Source: an uncultured Acidobacteriota bacterium (GTDB lineage Bacteria; Acidobacteriota; Thermoanaerobaculia; Multivoradales; JAHEKO01). Taken from it: 64,000 nucleotides of DNA. This document shows, piece by piece, positions 46,811 to 58,548 of the stretch. The DNA lies in the NCBI GenBank assembly GCA_963713825.1, contig CAVQNG010000001.1, forward strand, positions 128,001-192,000, written 5' to 3'. The position numbers and the translations under genes are program-made. The notes beneath the pieces are model-generated. The model did not search any database, had not been told where the DNA came from, and saw only the letters and a list, made by a program, of their open reading frames with translations. Within the stretch, counting starts at the first letter, position 1, and each line of letters starts with the position of its first letter.

Positions 46811-47659
46811 TCAGGGCCGTCGATTCGTGGCGGCCAGGCGGGGGTTGGAAAGGAGGGCTGTCAGCAGGCTCCGAAGTCGACCGGAAGCCTCTTTTCCTTC
46901 CTGCAGAACCTCTTCATGAGAGACACCGCCGCTTCCCACTCCGGGAGCGAGATTGGTGATGACCGACAGGGCGAGACACTCGACACCCATGTGGCGTGCC
47001 GCGATGATCTCGAGCGCGGTGGACATTCCCACCATGTCGGCTCCACTGCGGCGCAGCATGGCTACCTCGGCCGGCGTCTCATAGCTCGGGCCCGCCACTG
47101 CGGCATAGGTTCCCTGCCCAAGAGTCAAGCCGAGATCCCTCGCCGATCCAAGGGCCAGAGCGCGGAGTCTCTCGCTGTAGGGCTCGGTCATGTCGGGGAA
47201 CCTCGGACCCCACTCACTCGGCAGCTCTCCACGCAGGGGATTGAGGCCGGTGAGATTGATCTGATCTCGAATCAGGACCAGGTCACCCGGACGTTGATCA
47301 CCACGCAGGCCGCCAGCGGCGTTGGTCATGATGAGCGTCCGGGCTCCCAAACTCGCTGCCAGGCGAATTGTGAAAACCGTTTGATGGGCGTCGTAACCCT
47401 GATACGAATGCAGTCGACCCTTCAGATAGAGAACCTGTCGGCTTGGGCCTGTCGCCAGGAGCTGCACCTTCAACGGGTGTCCCTCGATCTGGTGGGTCTC
47501 GAACGGCAGCCAGTCGGCCAGAGCATTCTCTCGGCCCTCTGGATCTCCAAGTTCGACGGCGAGGCCAGAACCCGAAACCAGCACGACATCGGGGCGAGGC
47601 CAGCCCAGACCGTCCCACCGCTCGACGGCTCGATTCAACTCTCGACGCATCGTATTCAC
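46811..47659 (-). CDS. Purine-nucleoside phosphorylase (trimeric type)
   Basis: SGSGL, GRLHSYQG, TNAAGG, GPRFPDM, GPSYETPAE, VGMST, SHEEV; GTG at 47659 or ATG at 47650. Confidence 0.92.
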   Translation of the reverse strand: MNTMRRELNRAVERWDGLGWPRPDVVLVSGSGLAVELGDPEGRENALADWLPFETHQIEGHPLKVQLLATGPSRQVLYLKGRLHSYQGYDAHQTVFTIRLAASLGARTLIMTNAAGGLRGDQRPGDLVLIRDQINLTGLNPLRGELPSEWGPRFPDMTEPYSERLRALALGSARDLGLTLGQGTYAAVAGPSYETPAEVAMLRRSGADMVGMSTALEIIAARHMGVECLALSVITNLAPGVGSGGVSHEEVLQEGKEASGRLRSLLTALLSNPRLAATNRRP

Positions 47660-47861
47660 AGAACAGATGGTACCAGGGTGGTGTCGGATGTCCGATACCA
47701 TTCCCTTGGCGTGGGCTTTTCGCCAGAGACTGGATCGATGCCTCCGATCCATCAAGGGCAGGCAGAGCCCCTGGAAATCCGATATCGTTCCCCGCAGTCA
47801 TCGGTGGTGGCGTCGGCGTCCCGGAGGGAACTGCCGCCACGCAAAAGGGGGAGATGAGGAC

Positions 47862-49436
47862 ATGTCGGAGCTCGAAGCGCAGATTTCCAATCGACGCCAG
47901 AAGCTGCACGCCTTGGCCGAGGGAGGTATTGCTCCCTATCCCAGACGAGCCGAGTTGGACGCGGAACCTGCCGAGGTGCACGGTAGGTACGGCGAGCTCG
48001 ATACCGAATCTCTGGAGACCGAGGCCATTGCGTTGACGGTGGCAGGACGGGTCAGGGCGCTGCGCAAACACGGCAAGACAGCCTTCGTGGATCTGCATGA
48101 TGGTGCTGCGAAGCTGCAGCTGATGGTCCGCCGGACAGAGCTCGATGAAACGAGCGCCACGGTTCTCGAGAATCTCGATGTCGGCGACTATGCCGTAGCG
48201 ACAGGGACACTGATTCGGACTCGCACCGGTGAGCTGACCCTGGCGACCAAAGCTCTGACGATACTGGCCAAGGCGGTGCGGCCGCTGCCCGAGAAATGGC
48301 ACGGCCTGACGGACGTGGAAGCCCGCTATCGCCGCCGATATCTCGACCTGCTTTTCAACGAAGACTCTCGTCGGCGCTTCGAGATTCGGGCCGCCCTGGT
48401 TCATGGCCTCCGCACGTTCTTGAACGAGAGAGGCTTCCTCGAGGTCGAAACACCGATGATGCAAGCCATGGCGGGGGGGGCGGCTGCGCGTCCCTTTGTG
48501 ACCCATCACAACGCCCTGGATATCGACCTCTATCTTCGAATCGCTCCGGAGCTCTATTTGAAGCGGCTCCTCGTCGGCGGTTTTCACCGTGTCTACGAGA
48601 TCAACCGGAGCTTTCGCAATGAAGGCATCTCAACGCAGCACAATCCAGAGTTCACGATGCTGGAGTTCTACTGCGCCTACTCGGACTATGAGCAGTTGAT
48701 GTCTCTCACAGAGGAGATGGTGTCGACCCTCGCTACCGAAATCCTCGGTGAGCCGACCCTGGATTGGAACGAAACCCGGCTCGACTTCGGGTCACCCTGG
48801 CATCGATTCACGATGCGAGAGGCCATTACCAGGTTCGCAGATGTCTCCGGACAGAGATTGAACCACCTGGCGGATCTGCTGGCGATCTTCAGCGAAAAGG
48901 AGTTGCCCCTGCCAGCGGTGGTCAAGAGCTCCAAGCACCCGGTCCTGCAGTGCTCGTCCAGGCAGGACTTTGAGGACCGCTATCCGGATGTCGATCTGCC
49001 TGAAGGTTGGTACGGGCGCGCTCTGGTGGCCCTCTTCGAGGAAACTGTGGAGGATCAATTGATCCAACCCACTTTCATTACGGAGATTCCGGTGGAGGTC
49101 TCGCCGTTTGCGAAGGTCTGCCCAGATGACCCACGTTTTACAGAGCGGTTCGAGCTGTTCATCGGTGGCATGGAGATCGCGAATGCCTACTCGGAGCTCA
49201 ATGATCCGGAGCTGCAGGCGCAGCGATTCCAAGAGCAGGTCCAGGCCAGGCAAGAAGGCGACGACGAAGCGCATCGTTTCGACGAGGACTATATTCGGGC
49301 CCTCGAGCACGGCATGCCGCCAGCCGGGGGGGAAGGAATCGGTATCGACAGGCTGGCGATGCTGTTCACCAACGCTGCTTCGATACGGGATGTCATCCTG
49401 TTCCCTCTGCTGCGCCCAGAGACGATCGATGAGTAG
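47862..49436 (-). CDS. Placeholder strand check: see plus-strand lysS entry
   Basis: No supported minus-strand gene here; antisense ORFs shadow lysS. Confidence 0.01.
47862..49436 (+). CDS. lysS: Lysine--tRNA ligase (class II)
   Basis: PLPEKWHGL, RYRRRYLDL, LRIAPELYLKRL, FRNEG, HNPEFTMLE, ANAYSELNDP, GIGIDRL. Confidence 0.97.
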   Translation: MSELEAQISNRRQKLHALAEGGIAPYPRRAELDAEPAEVHGRYGELDTESLETEAIALTVAGRVRALRKHGKTAFVDLHDGAAKLQLMVRRTELDETSATVLENLDVGDYAVATGTLIRTRTGELTLATKALTILAKAVRPLPEKWHGLTDVEARYRRRYLDLLFNEDSRRRFEIRAALVHGLRTFLNERGFLEVETPMMQAMAGGAAARPFVTHHNALDIDLYLRIAPELYLKRLLVGGFHRVYEINRSFRNEGISTQHNPEFTMLEFYCAYSDYEQLMSLTEEMVSTLATEILGEPTLDWNETRLDFGSPWHRFTMREAITRFADVSGQRLNHLADLLAIFSEKELPLPAVVKSSKHPVLQCSSRQDFEDRYPDVDLPEGWYGRALVALFEETVEDQLIQPTFITEIPVEVSPFAKVCPDDPRFTERFELFIGGMEIANAYSELNDPELQAQRFQEQVQARQEGDDEAHRFDEDYIRALEHGMPPAGGEGIGIDRLAMLFTNAASIRDVILFPLLRPETIDE

Positions 49437-49486
49437 GTCGAGTCCAGCGTCGCGGACGGCTTTCAGTGCCCCGGGGAGTCGAATGG

Positions 49487-50662
49487 ATGAGTAGGCTCCC
49501 GCTGCCGCTGTGGGTCGCCATCCGGTACCTCAAGAGCACCCGTCGGGATGCCTTTATCACCTTCCTTTCCATGACCGCGGCTGGAGGGATCGCGCTGGGA
49601 GTCGCAGCCCTGATTCTGGCCCTGGCTGCACTCTCCGGGTTCCAGGCTGCCCTCAAGGGGGAGGTGTTGGCACGAACACCACAAATCGAAGTCGAGTTGC
49701 CGAGTGGCGCCAATCCGGAGGAGGCCAGACTCGCTGTCCAGGACACCAGTGGGGTACAGACAGCCCAAGTCGTCGTTCGAGGAAGAGGTTGGCTTCTGGC
49801 ACGCGGCCGGTCGAGATCCGTCGAGATCGTCGGCTTTGCGGGCGACCTGCCAGAGCTGTTCCCCGGGGCTACTTCGCGGTCCCCAGGGTTGTACCTCGGG
49901 GATGGTCTGGTCAGTCTCTGGGGCTTGGAACCAGGTGATGTAGTGGAGGTCGTTTCCCCGGTTCCGACGCTGACCCCCGTGGGGCCACAGCCTCGTGTTC
50001 GTCGTCTCGCCGTCCTGGGTAGCTTTGCCGCCGGTCGAGCGGAGCAGGAAGACCGCCTGGCCTTGCCAGTGGCCGAGGCGCGGTTGCTCCTCGGGCGTTC
50101 CGCTGTCCATCGCCTGCTGGTGGATTGCGGGGATTTGAGCACCGCTTTGAGAGTCGCAGAGGATCTTCCTGCCATGCTGCCGGCCGGCAGCACCGTTCGA
50201 ACATGGCGTGATCTGAACCGGGTGTTGTTCTTCGCGCTGCGGCTGGAAAAGACCCTCATGTTCGTGGCGGTCTTCCTGATTGTGGTCGTCGCGGGGATGT
50301 CCCTCGTTTCCGATCTGACTCTGATCCTGGCCAGCAAGCGACCCGAGGTCGGTATGCTCGGGGCAATGGGCGCACCTCCCACCTCGCTGCGGCGCATCTT
50401 CCTTTGGTTGGGAGGTCTCCTGGTCGGCCTGGGGGCCCTGAGCGGCCTGATTCTCGGTGTTGGTGGCTCGTGGCTACTGGATAGGTACGAGCTACTGACC
50501 CTGCCAAGTCAGGTCTATTTCCTCGACCATGTGCCGTTTTTGGTGCGGGCGCGGGATGTCCTTGCCATCGTTGGTACGACGGTTGTGCTGACCTTCGCGT
50601 GCTCTTTCTACGCTGCCCATCGAGCCGCCTCGCTGTGGCCTGTGGAGGCGCTGCGACGATGA
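49487..50662 (+). CDS. lolC: Lipoprotein-releasing ABC transporter permease (LolC/E family)
   Basis: AIRYL, GIALGVAAL, ALRLEK, EVGML.AMGA, P.EALR; lysS-lolC-lolD context. Confidence 0.85.
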   Translation: MSRLPLPLWVAIRYLKSTRRDAFITFLSMTAAGGIALGVAALILALAALSGFQAALKGEVLARTPQIEVELPSGANPEEARLAVQDTSGVQTAQVVVRGRGWLLARGRSRSVEIVGFAGDLPELFPGATSRSPGLYLGDGLVSLWGLEPGDVVEVVSPVPTLTPVGPQPRVRRLAVLGSFAAGRAEQEDRLALPVAEARLLLGRSAVHRLLVDCGDLSTALRVAEDLPAMLPAGSTVRTWRDLNRVLFFALRLEKTLMFVAVFLIVVVAGMSLVSDLTLILASKRPEVGMLGAMGAPPTSLRRIFLWLGGLLVGLGALSGLILGVGGSWLLDRYELLTLPSQVYFLDHVPFLVRARDVLAIVGTTVVLTFACSFYAAHRAASLWPVEALRR

Positions 50663-51342
50663 GTGTCTCCATTCGGGCGAGCGGGGTCGAAAAATCCTAT
50701 CGAGATGGAGAGCGGCTGGTTCAGGTGCTCAACGGCGTCGATCTGGAAGTGCAGCCTGGGGAGTTCGTCGCGATTGTCGGTCCGTCTGGGTGCGGCAAGT
50801 CGACCTTGCTCCATCTGCTGGGGGCTCTTGACCTGCCGGATGCCGGCGTCGTGGAGATCGACGGCCAGGGCCTCTCCGACCTGGGCCCGCGCCGACTGGC
50901 AGCCTTCCGGAATCGGACGATTGGATTCGTCTTCCAGTTCCAGGAGCTGCTGGGGGACTTTTCAGCCCTCGAGAACGTCATGCTGCCTGGTCGCATCGCC
51001 GGTCAGAGCTCGGCTGTGGCTGAAAAGCGAGCCCGCGGCCTGTTGGAAGAAGTCGGACTGGAGGCACGCCTGGACCATTTTCCCAACCAGCTGTCCGGCG
51101 GGGAACGTCAACGAGTGGCTTTGTGTCGGGCGCTGTTCATGGAGCCCCCACTGTTGTTGGCCGACGAGCCGACGGGCAACCTCGATCCGGAGAGCGGGGC
51201 ACAGGTATTCGAACTGATGTTGGACCTCCAAGAGCGGCACGGAACCACGGCTTTGGTGGTCACGCACAACCCGGAGCTCGCCCGCCGTTGTGGTAGACTC
51301 CTCGCACTCGAAGGCGGCAAATTACACGCTGAGCGCCGCTAG
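50659..51342 (+). CDS. lolD: Lipoprotein-releasing ABC transporter ATP-binding protein
   Basis: GPSGCGKSTLLH, FRN..IGFVFQF, LSGGERQRVA, ADEPTGNLD. Confidence 0.88.
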   Translation: MSVSIRASGVEKSYRDGERLVQVLNGVDLEVQPGEFVAIVGPSGCGKSTLLHLLGALDLPDAGVVEIDGQGLSDLGPRRLAAFRNRTIGFVFQFQELLGDFSALENVMLPGRIAGQSSAVAEKRARGLLEEVGLEARLDHFPNQLSGGERQRVALCRALFMEPPLLLADEPTGNLDPESGAQVFELMLDLQERHGTTALVVTHNPELARRCGRLLALEGGKLHAERR

Positions 51343-51392
51343 TTCCGCCTCTCGAAGTCCATTCCGCTGCGGCGTTTGGGAGTCCATGACGA

Positions 51393-53819
51393 GTGTTCGA
51401 GAAGTACAACGAGAAGGCTCGGAGAGCCCTCTTCTTCGCGCGCTACGAAGCCAGCAAACTCGGTAGTCGGGTTATCGAATCCGAGCATATTCTGCTTGGA
51501 ATTCTCCGTGAGGGTGAAGAGAGCGTTACCGAGCTCTTCCAACGTCTGAAGGTCAAGCCTGAGGAGCTGCGCAAGCAGATCGAAGGAGAGAAGGTCTTCG
51601 TCGAGAGAATCTCATCGACGGCCGAGCTGCCTTTGTCGGAGGAGTCGAAGAAGGTCCTGGCCTATGGCTCCCACGAGGCCGAGAGCATGCTGCACGCGTC
51701 GGTCGGCTCCGAGCACCTGTTGATTGGTCTGTTACGGGTCGATGGCTGTCTGGCGATGCGTACTCTGACCCAACATGGGCTGGATCTCTACACCGTCAGA
51801 GAAGAAGTCCTGGCAATAGCCAAGGAAAGAGAGGCTTCGCAGCAGAAAAGGGAACAGCCCTTTCTGGCGGAATATGCCCGCGATCTGACTTTTCTGGCGG
51901 CGCAGGGGACCTTCGACCCTCTCATTGGACGCGACAGCGAGGTCGAGCGGATCGTTCAGATCCTCTCTCGGCGGACCAAGAACAATCCGATTCTCCTTGG
52001 CGAGCCAGGCGTGGGCAAGACGGCGATCGTCGAGGGCCTGGCACAACGTATCGTCGAGGGACAGGTGCCAATGTCCCTGGCCCAGAAGAAGATCCTGGCC
52101 CTGGATCTCTCCCTGATCGTGGCGGGAACGAAATACCGAGGACAGTTCGAGGAGCGACTCAAGGGGATCCTCGGCGAGCTCAAGGACACCCAGGACGTGG
52201 TCGTCTTCATCGATGAGATTCACTCGTTGATTGGCGCTGGTTCGGCCGAAGGCTCCCTGGATGCAGCCAACATCCTCAAGCCAGCCCTGTCTCGCGGTGA
52301 GGTCTCTTGCATCGGTGCGACAACCCTGAAGGAGTACCGAAAGTACATCGAGAAGGACCGCTCCCTACTGCGGCGGTTTCAATCGATTCAGATCGAGCCT
52401 CCCACCCAGGATCAGACCTTGGAGATTTTGCAGGGCGTCAAGGAGCGGTACGAGGCTTTTCACAAGGTGCACTACACCGACGGAGCCCTGCAGGCTGCCA
52501 TCTATCAGTCCACTCGCTACATCGCCGATCGGCATCAGCCGGACAAGGCGATCGACGTGATCGACGAGGCCGGGGCCAAGGTGAAGCTGCGTCGGGTGCG
52601 CGATACCCAGAACGTGCGGCGTCTGGAGCGGGACATCGGCGACATCGTCAAGGAGATGAAGTCGGCGATTTCCGACAAGGAGTTCGAGAGGGCGGTGTAT
52701 CTGCGGGAAAAGGAGATCGAGCTGCGGGAAGATCTCGAAAGGCTCCGAACCCACACCGAAGAGGATTCTGTCCTCCAGGTGACGAAGAAGGACATCGAGG
52801 AAGTGATCGCTTCGTGGACGGGAATCCCGGTCTCGAGCCTGCAGAGCGAAGAAGCCGAGAAGCTGATGCAGATGGAGCAGACCCTGCGAAAGCGGATCGT
52901 CGGTCAGGACTACGCGATCAGCGCCATCAGCCGGGCAATTCGCCGGTCCAGGCTCGGCGTCAGTAATCCAGAGCGTCCCGTCGGGTCGTTCATCTTTCTC
53001 GGCCCCTCGGGGGTTGGCAAAACCGAGGTCGCTCGCCGGCTGGGCGAGTTTCTGTTCGGCAGCCAGGCTTCTCTGATTCGCTTCGACATGAGCGAATACA
53101 TGGAAAAGCACGCCGTTTCCAAGATGATCGGTTCGCCGCCCGGCTACGTCGGGCACGATGAAGGGGGGCAACTGACAGAGCGCATTCGCCGACAGCCCTA
53201 TTCGGTGATTCTCTTCGACGAGATCGAAAAGGCTCACCCAGACGTGGCGAATCTGCTGCTGCAGATTCTGGAAGATGGCCTGCTGACCGATGCCTACGGG
53301 AACCAGGTCGACTTCAAAAATGCGATCGTCCTCATGACTTCGAACATCGGTAGCCAGTTGGTCCTGCGCGGTGGTCGAATGGGATTTGGAGAATCGGATA
53401 GCGGCAAGGAGTTCGAGAAGCTCGAGCAGGAGATTCTGGCTTCGTTACGCCAGTCCTTCAGCCCGGAGTTCATCAACCGGGTCGACGAAGTGATCGTATT
53501 CAATCCTCTCGGGCAGGCCGAGCTCAGGGCCATCGTGGATATCTTGCTGGAAGATGTCAATTTGACACTCGGGGAGCGGCGGTTGAAGGTCGATGTGTCG
53601 GATGACGCGAAGCAATGGTTGTTGGAAAAGGCCGGGATCGACCCGTCTACTGGGGCCCGTCCCCTGCGACGGACGATTCAGCGCCACGTTCAGGATGCTG
53701 TTTCAGAAGTTCTGATTGCCAGACATGGGGAGGTCATCGGGCTCATCGGAATCACGGTCGAGAATGATGAGCTGAAACTCCATCCGAAGATCGGAGAATC
53801 ACTGGTCAGCCAGGACTGA
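51393..53819 (+). CDS. clpC: ATP-dependent Clp protease ATP-binding subunit
   Basis: Clp N domain, [18 protein letters not shown]-like middle domain, [23 protein letters not shown]. Confidence 0.93.
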   Translation: MFEKYNEKARRALFFARYEASKLGSRVIESEHILLGILREGEESVTELFQRLKVKPEELRKQIEGEKVFVERISSTAELPLSEESKKVLAYGSHEAESMLHASVGSEHLLIGLLRVDGCLAMRTLTQHGLDLYTVREEVLAIAKEREASQQKREQPFLAEYARDLTFLAAQGTFDPLIGRDSEVERIVQILSRRTKNNPILLGEPGVGKTAIVEGLAQRIVEGQVPMSLAQKKILALDLSLIVAGTKYRGQFEERLKGILGELKDTQDVVVFIDEIHSLIGAGSAEGSLDAANILKPALSRGEVSCIGATTLKEYRKYIEKDRSLLRRFQSIQIEPPTQDQTLEILQGVKERYEAFHKVHYTDGALQAAIYQSTRYIADRHQPDKAIDVIDEAGAKVKLRRVRDTQNVRRLERDIGDIVKEMKSAISDKEFERAVYLREKEIELREDLERLRTHTEEDSVLQVTKKDIEEVIASWTGIPVSSLQSEEAEKLMQMEQTLRKRIVGQDYAISAISRAIRRSRLGVSNPERPVGSFIFLGPSGVGKTEVARRLGEFLFGSQASLIRFDMSEYMEKHAVSKMIGSPPGYVGHDEGGQLTERIRRQPYSVILFDEIEKAHPDVANLLLQILEDGLLTDAYGNQVDFKNAIVLMTSNIGSQLVLRGGRMGFGESDSGKEFEKLEQEILASLRQSFSPEFINRVDEVIVFNPLGQAELRAIVDILLEDVNLTLGERRLKVDVSDDAKQWLLEKAGIDPSTGARPLRRTIQRHVQDAVSEVLIARHGEVIGLIGITVENDELKLHPKIGESLVSQD

Positions 53820-53956
53820 GGTGCCGGGGATCGGCGCCAACCGACGGCGGCAAGCGGCTTGCATGGAACCTGCTGCAAGTCGGTGATCCAAGCCGGTCTT
53901 CGTTGCGTGACCTGTATCCAAGTGTATTCGTCGGCATCCGCGAGATCGTTCTGCCC

Positions 53957-56329
53957 ATGAAGATTCGAACCAGTCATGCCCTGTTGATAGGTCTCCTGAT
54001 AGCGGGAGCCCTGGTGATTCCGGCGCGAGCCCAGAACCTCGAGGGGCAGCCGATCCAGGAAATCGTCTACCAGGGACTCGCGTCGCTGACGGAAGATACC
54101 CTCAACTACTACCTCGGCCTTGCGGTCGGGGATCCCTACGACTCCGGGACACTGAACGAGAAGATGCATGCTCTTTGGACGCGCAACCTGGTCGATGACA
54201 TCAAGATCGAGACGGCGCAGGCAGAAGGTGGCGTCCGGCTGGTGGTCACGATCCAAGAGAGGCCGGTTCTGCGTTCGATCGAGTACGAAGGGCTGAAGCG
54301 GATCAGTCGGTCGGACATCAACGAGAAGGTCCTTTCCGACTCGATTCGGGTGCGCGAGGGGGATTCCATGAGTCTGGGTGAGCTCCACAGACTCAAGGCC
54401 GCAATCGAAGAGCTGTACGCCGAAAAGGGCTTTCGGCTGGCCGAGGCCAACTACACCATTGAAGAGGCCAATCGATCCGATCGCCGGGTGGTCTATACGA
54501 TCGATGAAGGCGACAAGGTCAGGGTCGGTGAGATCGACTTCGAAGGCAACACCGTCTTCAAGGACATGCGATTGCGCTGGTCGATGGGCGACACGAAGGA
54601 GTCCAACGTCATCACCAAGGTCATGAAGAAGGACATCTACAGCCCCGCGGCTCTGAGTGAGGACCTCGACGCCGTTCGGGAGCTCTACTTGAAGGCGGGC
54701 TACAAGAACGTGGTTCTGGGCGAGCCGAAGATCGAGGTAAGGCCCGTCAAGGGTGGAGAGGCTGCAGGCCCCGACGTCAAGCGCCGGCTCTTCATCACGA
54801 TCCCCGTCGAGGAGGGAGATCGGTGGAAGCTCGGCGAGATCACGATCGAGGGCACGGATCGGTTCCCGGCAGAGGTGTTGCTGCGGCAGTTCGAACGCCC
54901 CAAGGGAGGTTGGCTGCGGTCCAAGGTGATCGACGAGGGCCTGGAGACAATCCGGGAGCTCTATTCGAATACGGGCCACTTGTTCGCACAGGTCGAGCCC
55001 GAGATCGTCGAGAGACCCGATCAGGTCGCCGATGTGATCATCCATGTTGATGAAGGCGAGCAGTTCCGTATTGGTCGGATCGAGTTCTCGGGCAACACCA
55101 AGACCAAGGACAAGGTGATCCGACGTGACATGAGCATTCAGGAGGGCCTGGTCATGAACACCGGGGCCCTGAAGAACAGCCTGCTGCGTGTCGGGCAGTC
55201 CGAGGTCTTCAAGATCGATCAAGAAGATCCGGTGGACTTCGACATCAACCAGGAGGAAAAGCTCGTCGACCTCACCATTCAGGGCGAGGAGGGTGAGCGG
55301 ACCGAGATGCTCTTCGGCGGTGGCTTCAGCGAAGTCGATGGATTTTTCGGTCAGTTCTCCTTCAGGACGAGGAATTTTCTGGGTCGAGGAGAGACCCTTG
55401 GCGTTTCCGCGCAACTGGGGTCCCGACAGGACATCTTCGACTTGTCCTATTTCATTCCCTGGTTTCTGAACAAGCCCCAGAGTTTTGGTGCGTCGATCTT
55501 CAAACGCCGCATCGACTACAATTTGCTCACTGGACAAACGGTATTTCAGGACAACATAGGTGGCACGCTCACCTATGGCCGCAACCTCGGGATTTTCGGC
55601 CAGTTCACCACGACCTTCTCCCGCTTCGACTCTGATGAAGCGCGGACCGAGTATGACCTGGAAGGGAACCCGATCACCCAGCAGCTCAACCGCAAGGTCG
55701 CGATGCTTCGCTGGGCCGTAGTGAGAGATCGAAGGGACAGTCGCCTACAGCCGACCTTCGGTAGTCGTGCCAGTATTTCGCTCGACCTGGCAGGCGGTCC
55801 GCTGGGCGGCAACACGGATTTCTGGCGACCGCAAGGCTCGTACCAGAAATTCCTGCCCATGACCAAGGGCCGCTTGCGTACGGTTCTGGGCATGAATGTC
55901 AGGGCGGGCTACATCGAGCCGATCGACGACACGCCGCTGTACTTCAACGACCGGTTCTATCTTGGCGGCGAGAGCAGTGTGCGGGGCTTCAAGTATCGGT
56001 CGATCTGGGTCAGGGACTCCGAAGGCAACACGGTGACCGACCAGTCGGGATTTCCTCTCGGGGGCAATCGGTCGATCCAGCTCAATATCGAAGCGATCTT
56101 CGTCCTGAAGGGGCCGTTCCGCTTCCTGTTCTATACCGATGGCGGCAAAGTCTACGGCGATGACCAGGACTTCGACTTCCAGAATTTCCGCATCTCCTCG
56201 GGAGCCGAGCTGCAGGTGACTGTCCCCATGTTGGGCGCTCCCCTCCGCTTCATCTACGCCTACAACATCAATCCATTACCTGACGATCGATTCGAGACCT
56301 TCCAGTTCAGCATCGGTCCGGGTTTCTAG
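53957..56329 (+). CDS. bamA: Outer membrane protein assembly factor
   Basis: Signal peptide, POTRA repeats (GNTKTKDKVIRR), NFLGRG, VRGF motif, C-terminal Phe. Confidence 0.93.
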   Translation: MKIRTSHALLIGLLIAGALVIPARAQNLEGQPIQEIVYQGLASLTEDTLNYYLGLAVGDPYDSGTLNEKMHALWTRNLVDDIKIETAQAEGGVRLVVTIQERPVLRSIEYEGLKRISRSDINEKVLSDSIRVREGDSMSLGELHRLKAAIEELYAEKGFRLAEANYTIEEANRSDRRVVYTIDEGDKVRVGEIDFEGNTVFKDMRLRWSMGDTKESNVITKVMKKDIYSPAALSEDLDAVRELYLKAGYKNVVLGEPKIEVRPVKGGEAAGPDVKRRLFITIPVEEGDRWKLGEITIEGTDRFPAEVLLRQFERPKGGWLRSKVIDEGLETIRELYSNTGHLFAQVEPEIVERPDQVADVIIHVDEGEQFRIGRIEFSGNTKTKDKVIRRDMSIQEGLVMNTGALKNSLLRVGQSEVFKIDQEDPVDFDINQEEKLVDLTIQGEEGERTEMLFGGGFSEVDGFFGQFSFRTRNFLGRGETLGVSAQLGSRQDIFDLSYFIPWFLNKPQSFGASIFKRRIDYNLLTGQTVFQDNIGGTLTYGRNLGIFGQFTTTFSRFDSDEARTEYDLEGNPITQQLNRKVAMLRWAVVRDRRDSRLQPTFGSRASISLDLAGGPLGGNTDFWRPQGSYQKFLPMTKGRLRTVLGMNVRAGYIEPIDDTPLYFNDRFYLGGESSVRGFKYRSIWVRDSEGNTVTDQSGFPLGGNRSIQLNIEAIFVLKGPFRFLFYTDGGKVYGDDQDFDFQNFRISSGAELQVTVPMLGAPLRFIYAYNINPLPDDRFETFQFSIGPGF

Positions 56330-56352
56330 AGTCAGCCAGGAGTGTGAGCTTC

Positions 56353-56922
56353 ATGAGAACCGGTAGGAAGACGACTGTTCGCTCGTTGGCGAGCCTGTTG
56401 GTCGGAGCGTGGATCGCAATGTCAGCGGGTTCGATTGCGGCCCAGCCAAGTGGAGCCTCGACCTCCACCACTGTAGGGGTCATCGATGTTCAACGACTGG
56501 TGCTCGAGTCCGCGAAGGGCCAAGCGGTCTTGGAGAGGCTGCGAAATCTGACGGAGCAGAAACAGGCCGAAGCTGATGCCATTCAGCAGGAGGTGCGGGA
56601 CCTCCAGGCCAAGGTGCAGGCAGGACGTGCGGCGTTGTCCGAGGAACGGTTGGCGGAGGTCGAGAAAGAGCTCGAAGACAAGATCATCGAGTACCAACGG
56701 TTCGAGGACGATGCCGAGCGCCAGATGCAAGAGGAGCAGGCTGGTGCGTTCGCGGAGATCGAAGACGAGATGATGCCGATCATCTCCCAGGCCGGTGCGG
56801 AGTTGCAGTACACTTTGATCTTCAACAAGTTCAGTAGCGGACTGCTCTACGCTAAGGAAGAGGTCGATATCACCGACGAGATTTTGGAGCGCTACAACGC
56901 GGCGACGGCGGGAGACGACTAG
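56353..56922 (+). CDS. skp: OmpH/Skp periplasmic chaperone
   Basis: VGVIDVQR, coiled coil, DITDEIL; located between bamA and lpxD. Confidence 0.9.
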   Translation: MRTGRKTTVRSLASLLVGAWIAMSAGSIAAQPSGASTSTTVGVIDVQRLVLESAKGQAVLERLRNLTEQKQAEADAIQQEVRDLQAKVQAGRAALSEERLAEVEKELEDKIIEYQRFEDDAERQMQEEQAGAFAEIEDEMMPIISQAGAELQYTLIFNKFSSGLLYAKEEVDITDEILERYNAATAGDD

Positions 56923-56925
56923 ATC

Positions 56926-57957
56926 TTGAGCTATCGATTGGCCGAGTTGGCTGAGCAAGTCGGCGGCGAGGTGGAGGGCGACCCCGATCGCCTGATCGAA
57001 GGAATTCGCGGTCTCGAGTCGGCCGGTCCTGGTGATCTCTCTTTCCTCGCCAATCCGCGCTACCGAAAGAGCGCCATCGAGAGTCGGGCCGGTGCTCTGT
57101 TGGTGTCAGCTCCGTCCTCGGAACTGGGCCATGACTTGCTGATCGTGGCGGACCCCTACTTTGCTCTGGCCGAACTGCTCGATCTCCTCTATCCGCCACC
57201 GTCCCGTTGCCCTGGCGTTCACTCGACCGCTACGGTCGGTGAAGGAGCGGCTATTGATGCCAGTGCCAGACTCGGACCCTACGCGGTCGTCGGAGAGGGC
57301 TCGAAGGTCGCCGCGAATGTCGAGCTCCACGCCCATGTGGTGATAGGGAGGGACTGTCAGATTGGTGCCGGATCCGAGCTCTTTCCAGGAGTGGTGATTT
57401 ACGATGGCGTCAGGATCGGGGAGCGTTGCCGACTCCATTCTGGTGTCGTTGTCGGTAGCGATGGGTTCGGCTATGCGCAGCATGCAGGGACTCACGTGAA
57501 GCTGAATCACGTCGGCTCTGTCGTGGTGGAAGACGACGTGGAGATCGGCGCCAATACAACAATCGATCGCGCCCTCCTGGATGAGACCCGTATCGGAGCC
57601 GGAAGCAAGGTGGACAACCTCGTTCAAATTGGGCACAACGTGGTGTTGGGGCGCGGCTGCCTGCTCATTTCACAGGCCGGCATCTCTGGTAGCACGCGTC
57701 TTGGAGATGGAGTGATCGTCGCTGGACAGAGTGGCCTCAGCGGTCATTTGAAGCTGGGCGACGGGGTGCAGGTGGCTGCCAAGTCGGCTGTATTCAAATC
57801 AGTCGAGGCCGGCAAGAAGGTCGCCGGAATTCCGGCGACCGACGCATCGAGCTGGCTCCGCCAGCAGGCCATGGTGGGGCGCCTCGTCGAGTTGGGGAGA
57901 CGGATTGCCGTCCTGGAGCGCCCTGCAGATGAGGGAGAAGAGGAGAAGAAGCCTTGA
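56926..57957 (+). CDS. lpxD: UDP-3-O-acyl-glucosamine N-acyltransferase
   Basis: LSFLANPRY, hexapeptide repeats, [26 protein letters not shown]. Confidence 0.96.
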   Translation: MSYRLAELAEQVGGEVEGDPDRLIEGIRGLESAGPGDLSFLANPRYRKSAIESRAGALLVSAPSSELGHDLLIVADPYFALAELLDLLYPPPSRCPGVHSTATVGEGAAIDASARLGPYAVVGEGSKVAANVELHAHVVIGRDCQIGAGSELFPGVVIYDGVRIGERCRLHSGVVVGSDGFGYAQHAGTHVKLNHVGSVVVEDDVEIGANTTIDRALLDETRIGAGSKVDNLVQIGHNVVLGRGCLLISQAGISGSTRLGDGVIVAGQSGLSGHLKLGDGVQVAAKSAVFKSVEAGKKVAGIPATDASSWLRQQAMVGRLVELGRRIAVLERPADEGEEEKKP

Positions 57958-58403
57958 ACGGCCCGGATGATATTCGAGATTTCAGTTGGATCACCTCGAT
58001 CCTGCCGCATCGCTATCCGATGCTCTTGGTGGATCGCGTCTTGGAGATCGAGCCCAAACAGAAGATCGTCGCGATCAAGAACGTGACGGCCAACGAGGAG
58101 TTCTTCAATGGGCATTTTCCCGGTAGCCCCGTGATGCCTGGGGTGTTGCTGGTGGAGGGGATGGCGCAGGCCGCCGGGATTCTGGTTCTGCATGATGATC
58201 CTCGCCGGGCTGACAAGCTTCTCTTCTTCATGTCCATCGAGCGAGCACGGTTCCGGCGGCCCGTCGTACCCGGGGATCAGATTCGGTACGAGGTCGAAAT
58301 GCTGCGGTTGCGCCCGAGACACTGCAAGCTCAGTGGTAGAGCTCTTGTCGACGGTCAAGTTGCCGCCGAAGCCATCTGCAGCTCGGCCCTGGTGGATCGC
58401 TGA
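57954..58403 (+). CDS. fabZ: 3-hydroxyacyl-ACP dehydratase
   Basis: [37 protein letters not shown]. Confidence 0.96.
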   Translation: MNGPDDIRDFSWITSILPHRYPMLLVDRVLEIEPKQKIVAIKNVTANEEFFNGHFPGSPVMPGVLLVEGMAQAAGILVLHDDPRRADKLLFFMSIERARFRRPVVPGDQIRYEVEMLRLRPRHCKLSGRALVDGQVAAEAICSSALVDR

Positions 58404-58548
58404 GCACCACGGAGATTTTCCTGATTCAAAGAAGCGCCGGAGGGCACTCTTCTTCCTGCCATCGAAAGCAATGTGATGCAACAACCAGTCGTCTTGGGCG
58501 ATGGCCGTCGGGCCGGGCCAGCAAGGCGATTCAGGAGTATCGGACACC

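Noticed and set aside
47862-49436. Minus-strand coding feature over lysS (listed with near-zero confidence)
   Set aside because: The antisense ORFs here (47298-48587, 48792-49310) have no motifs and shadow a clear lysS gene; disregard that entry.
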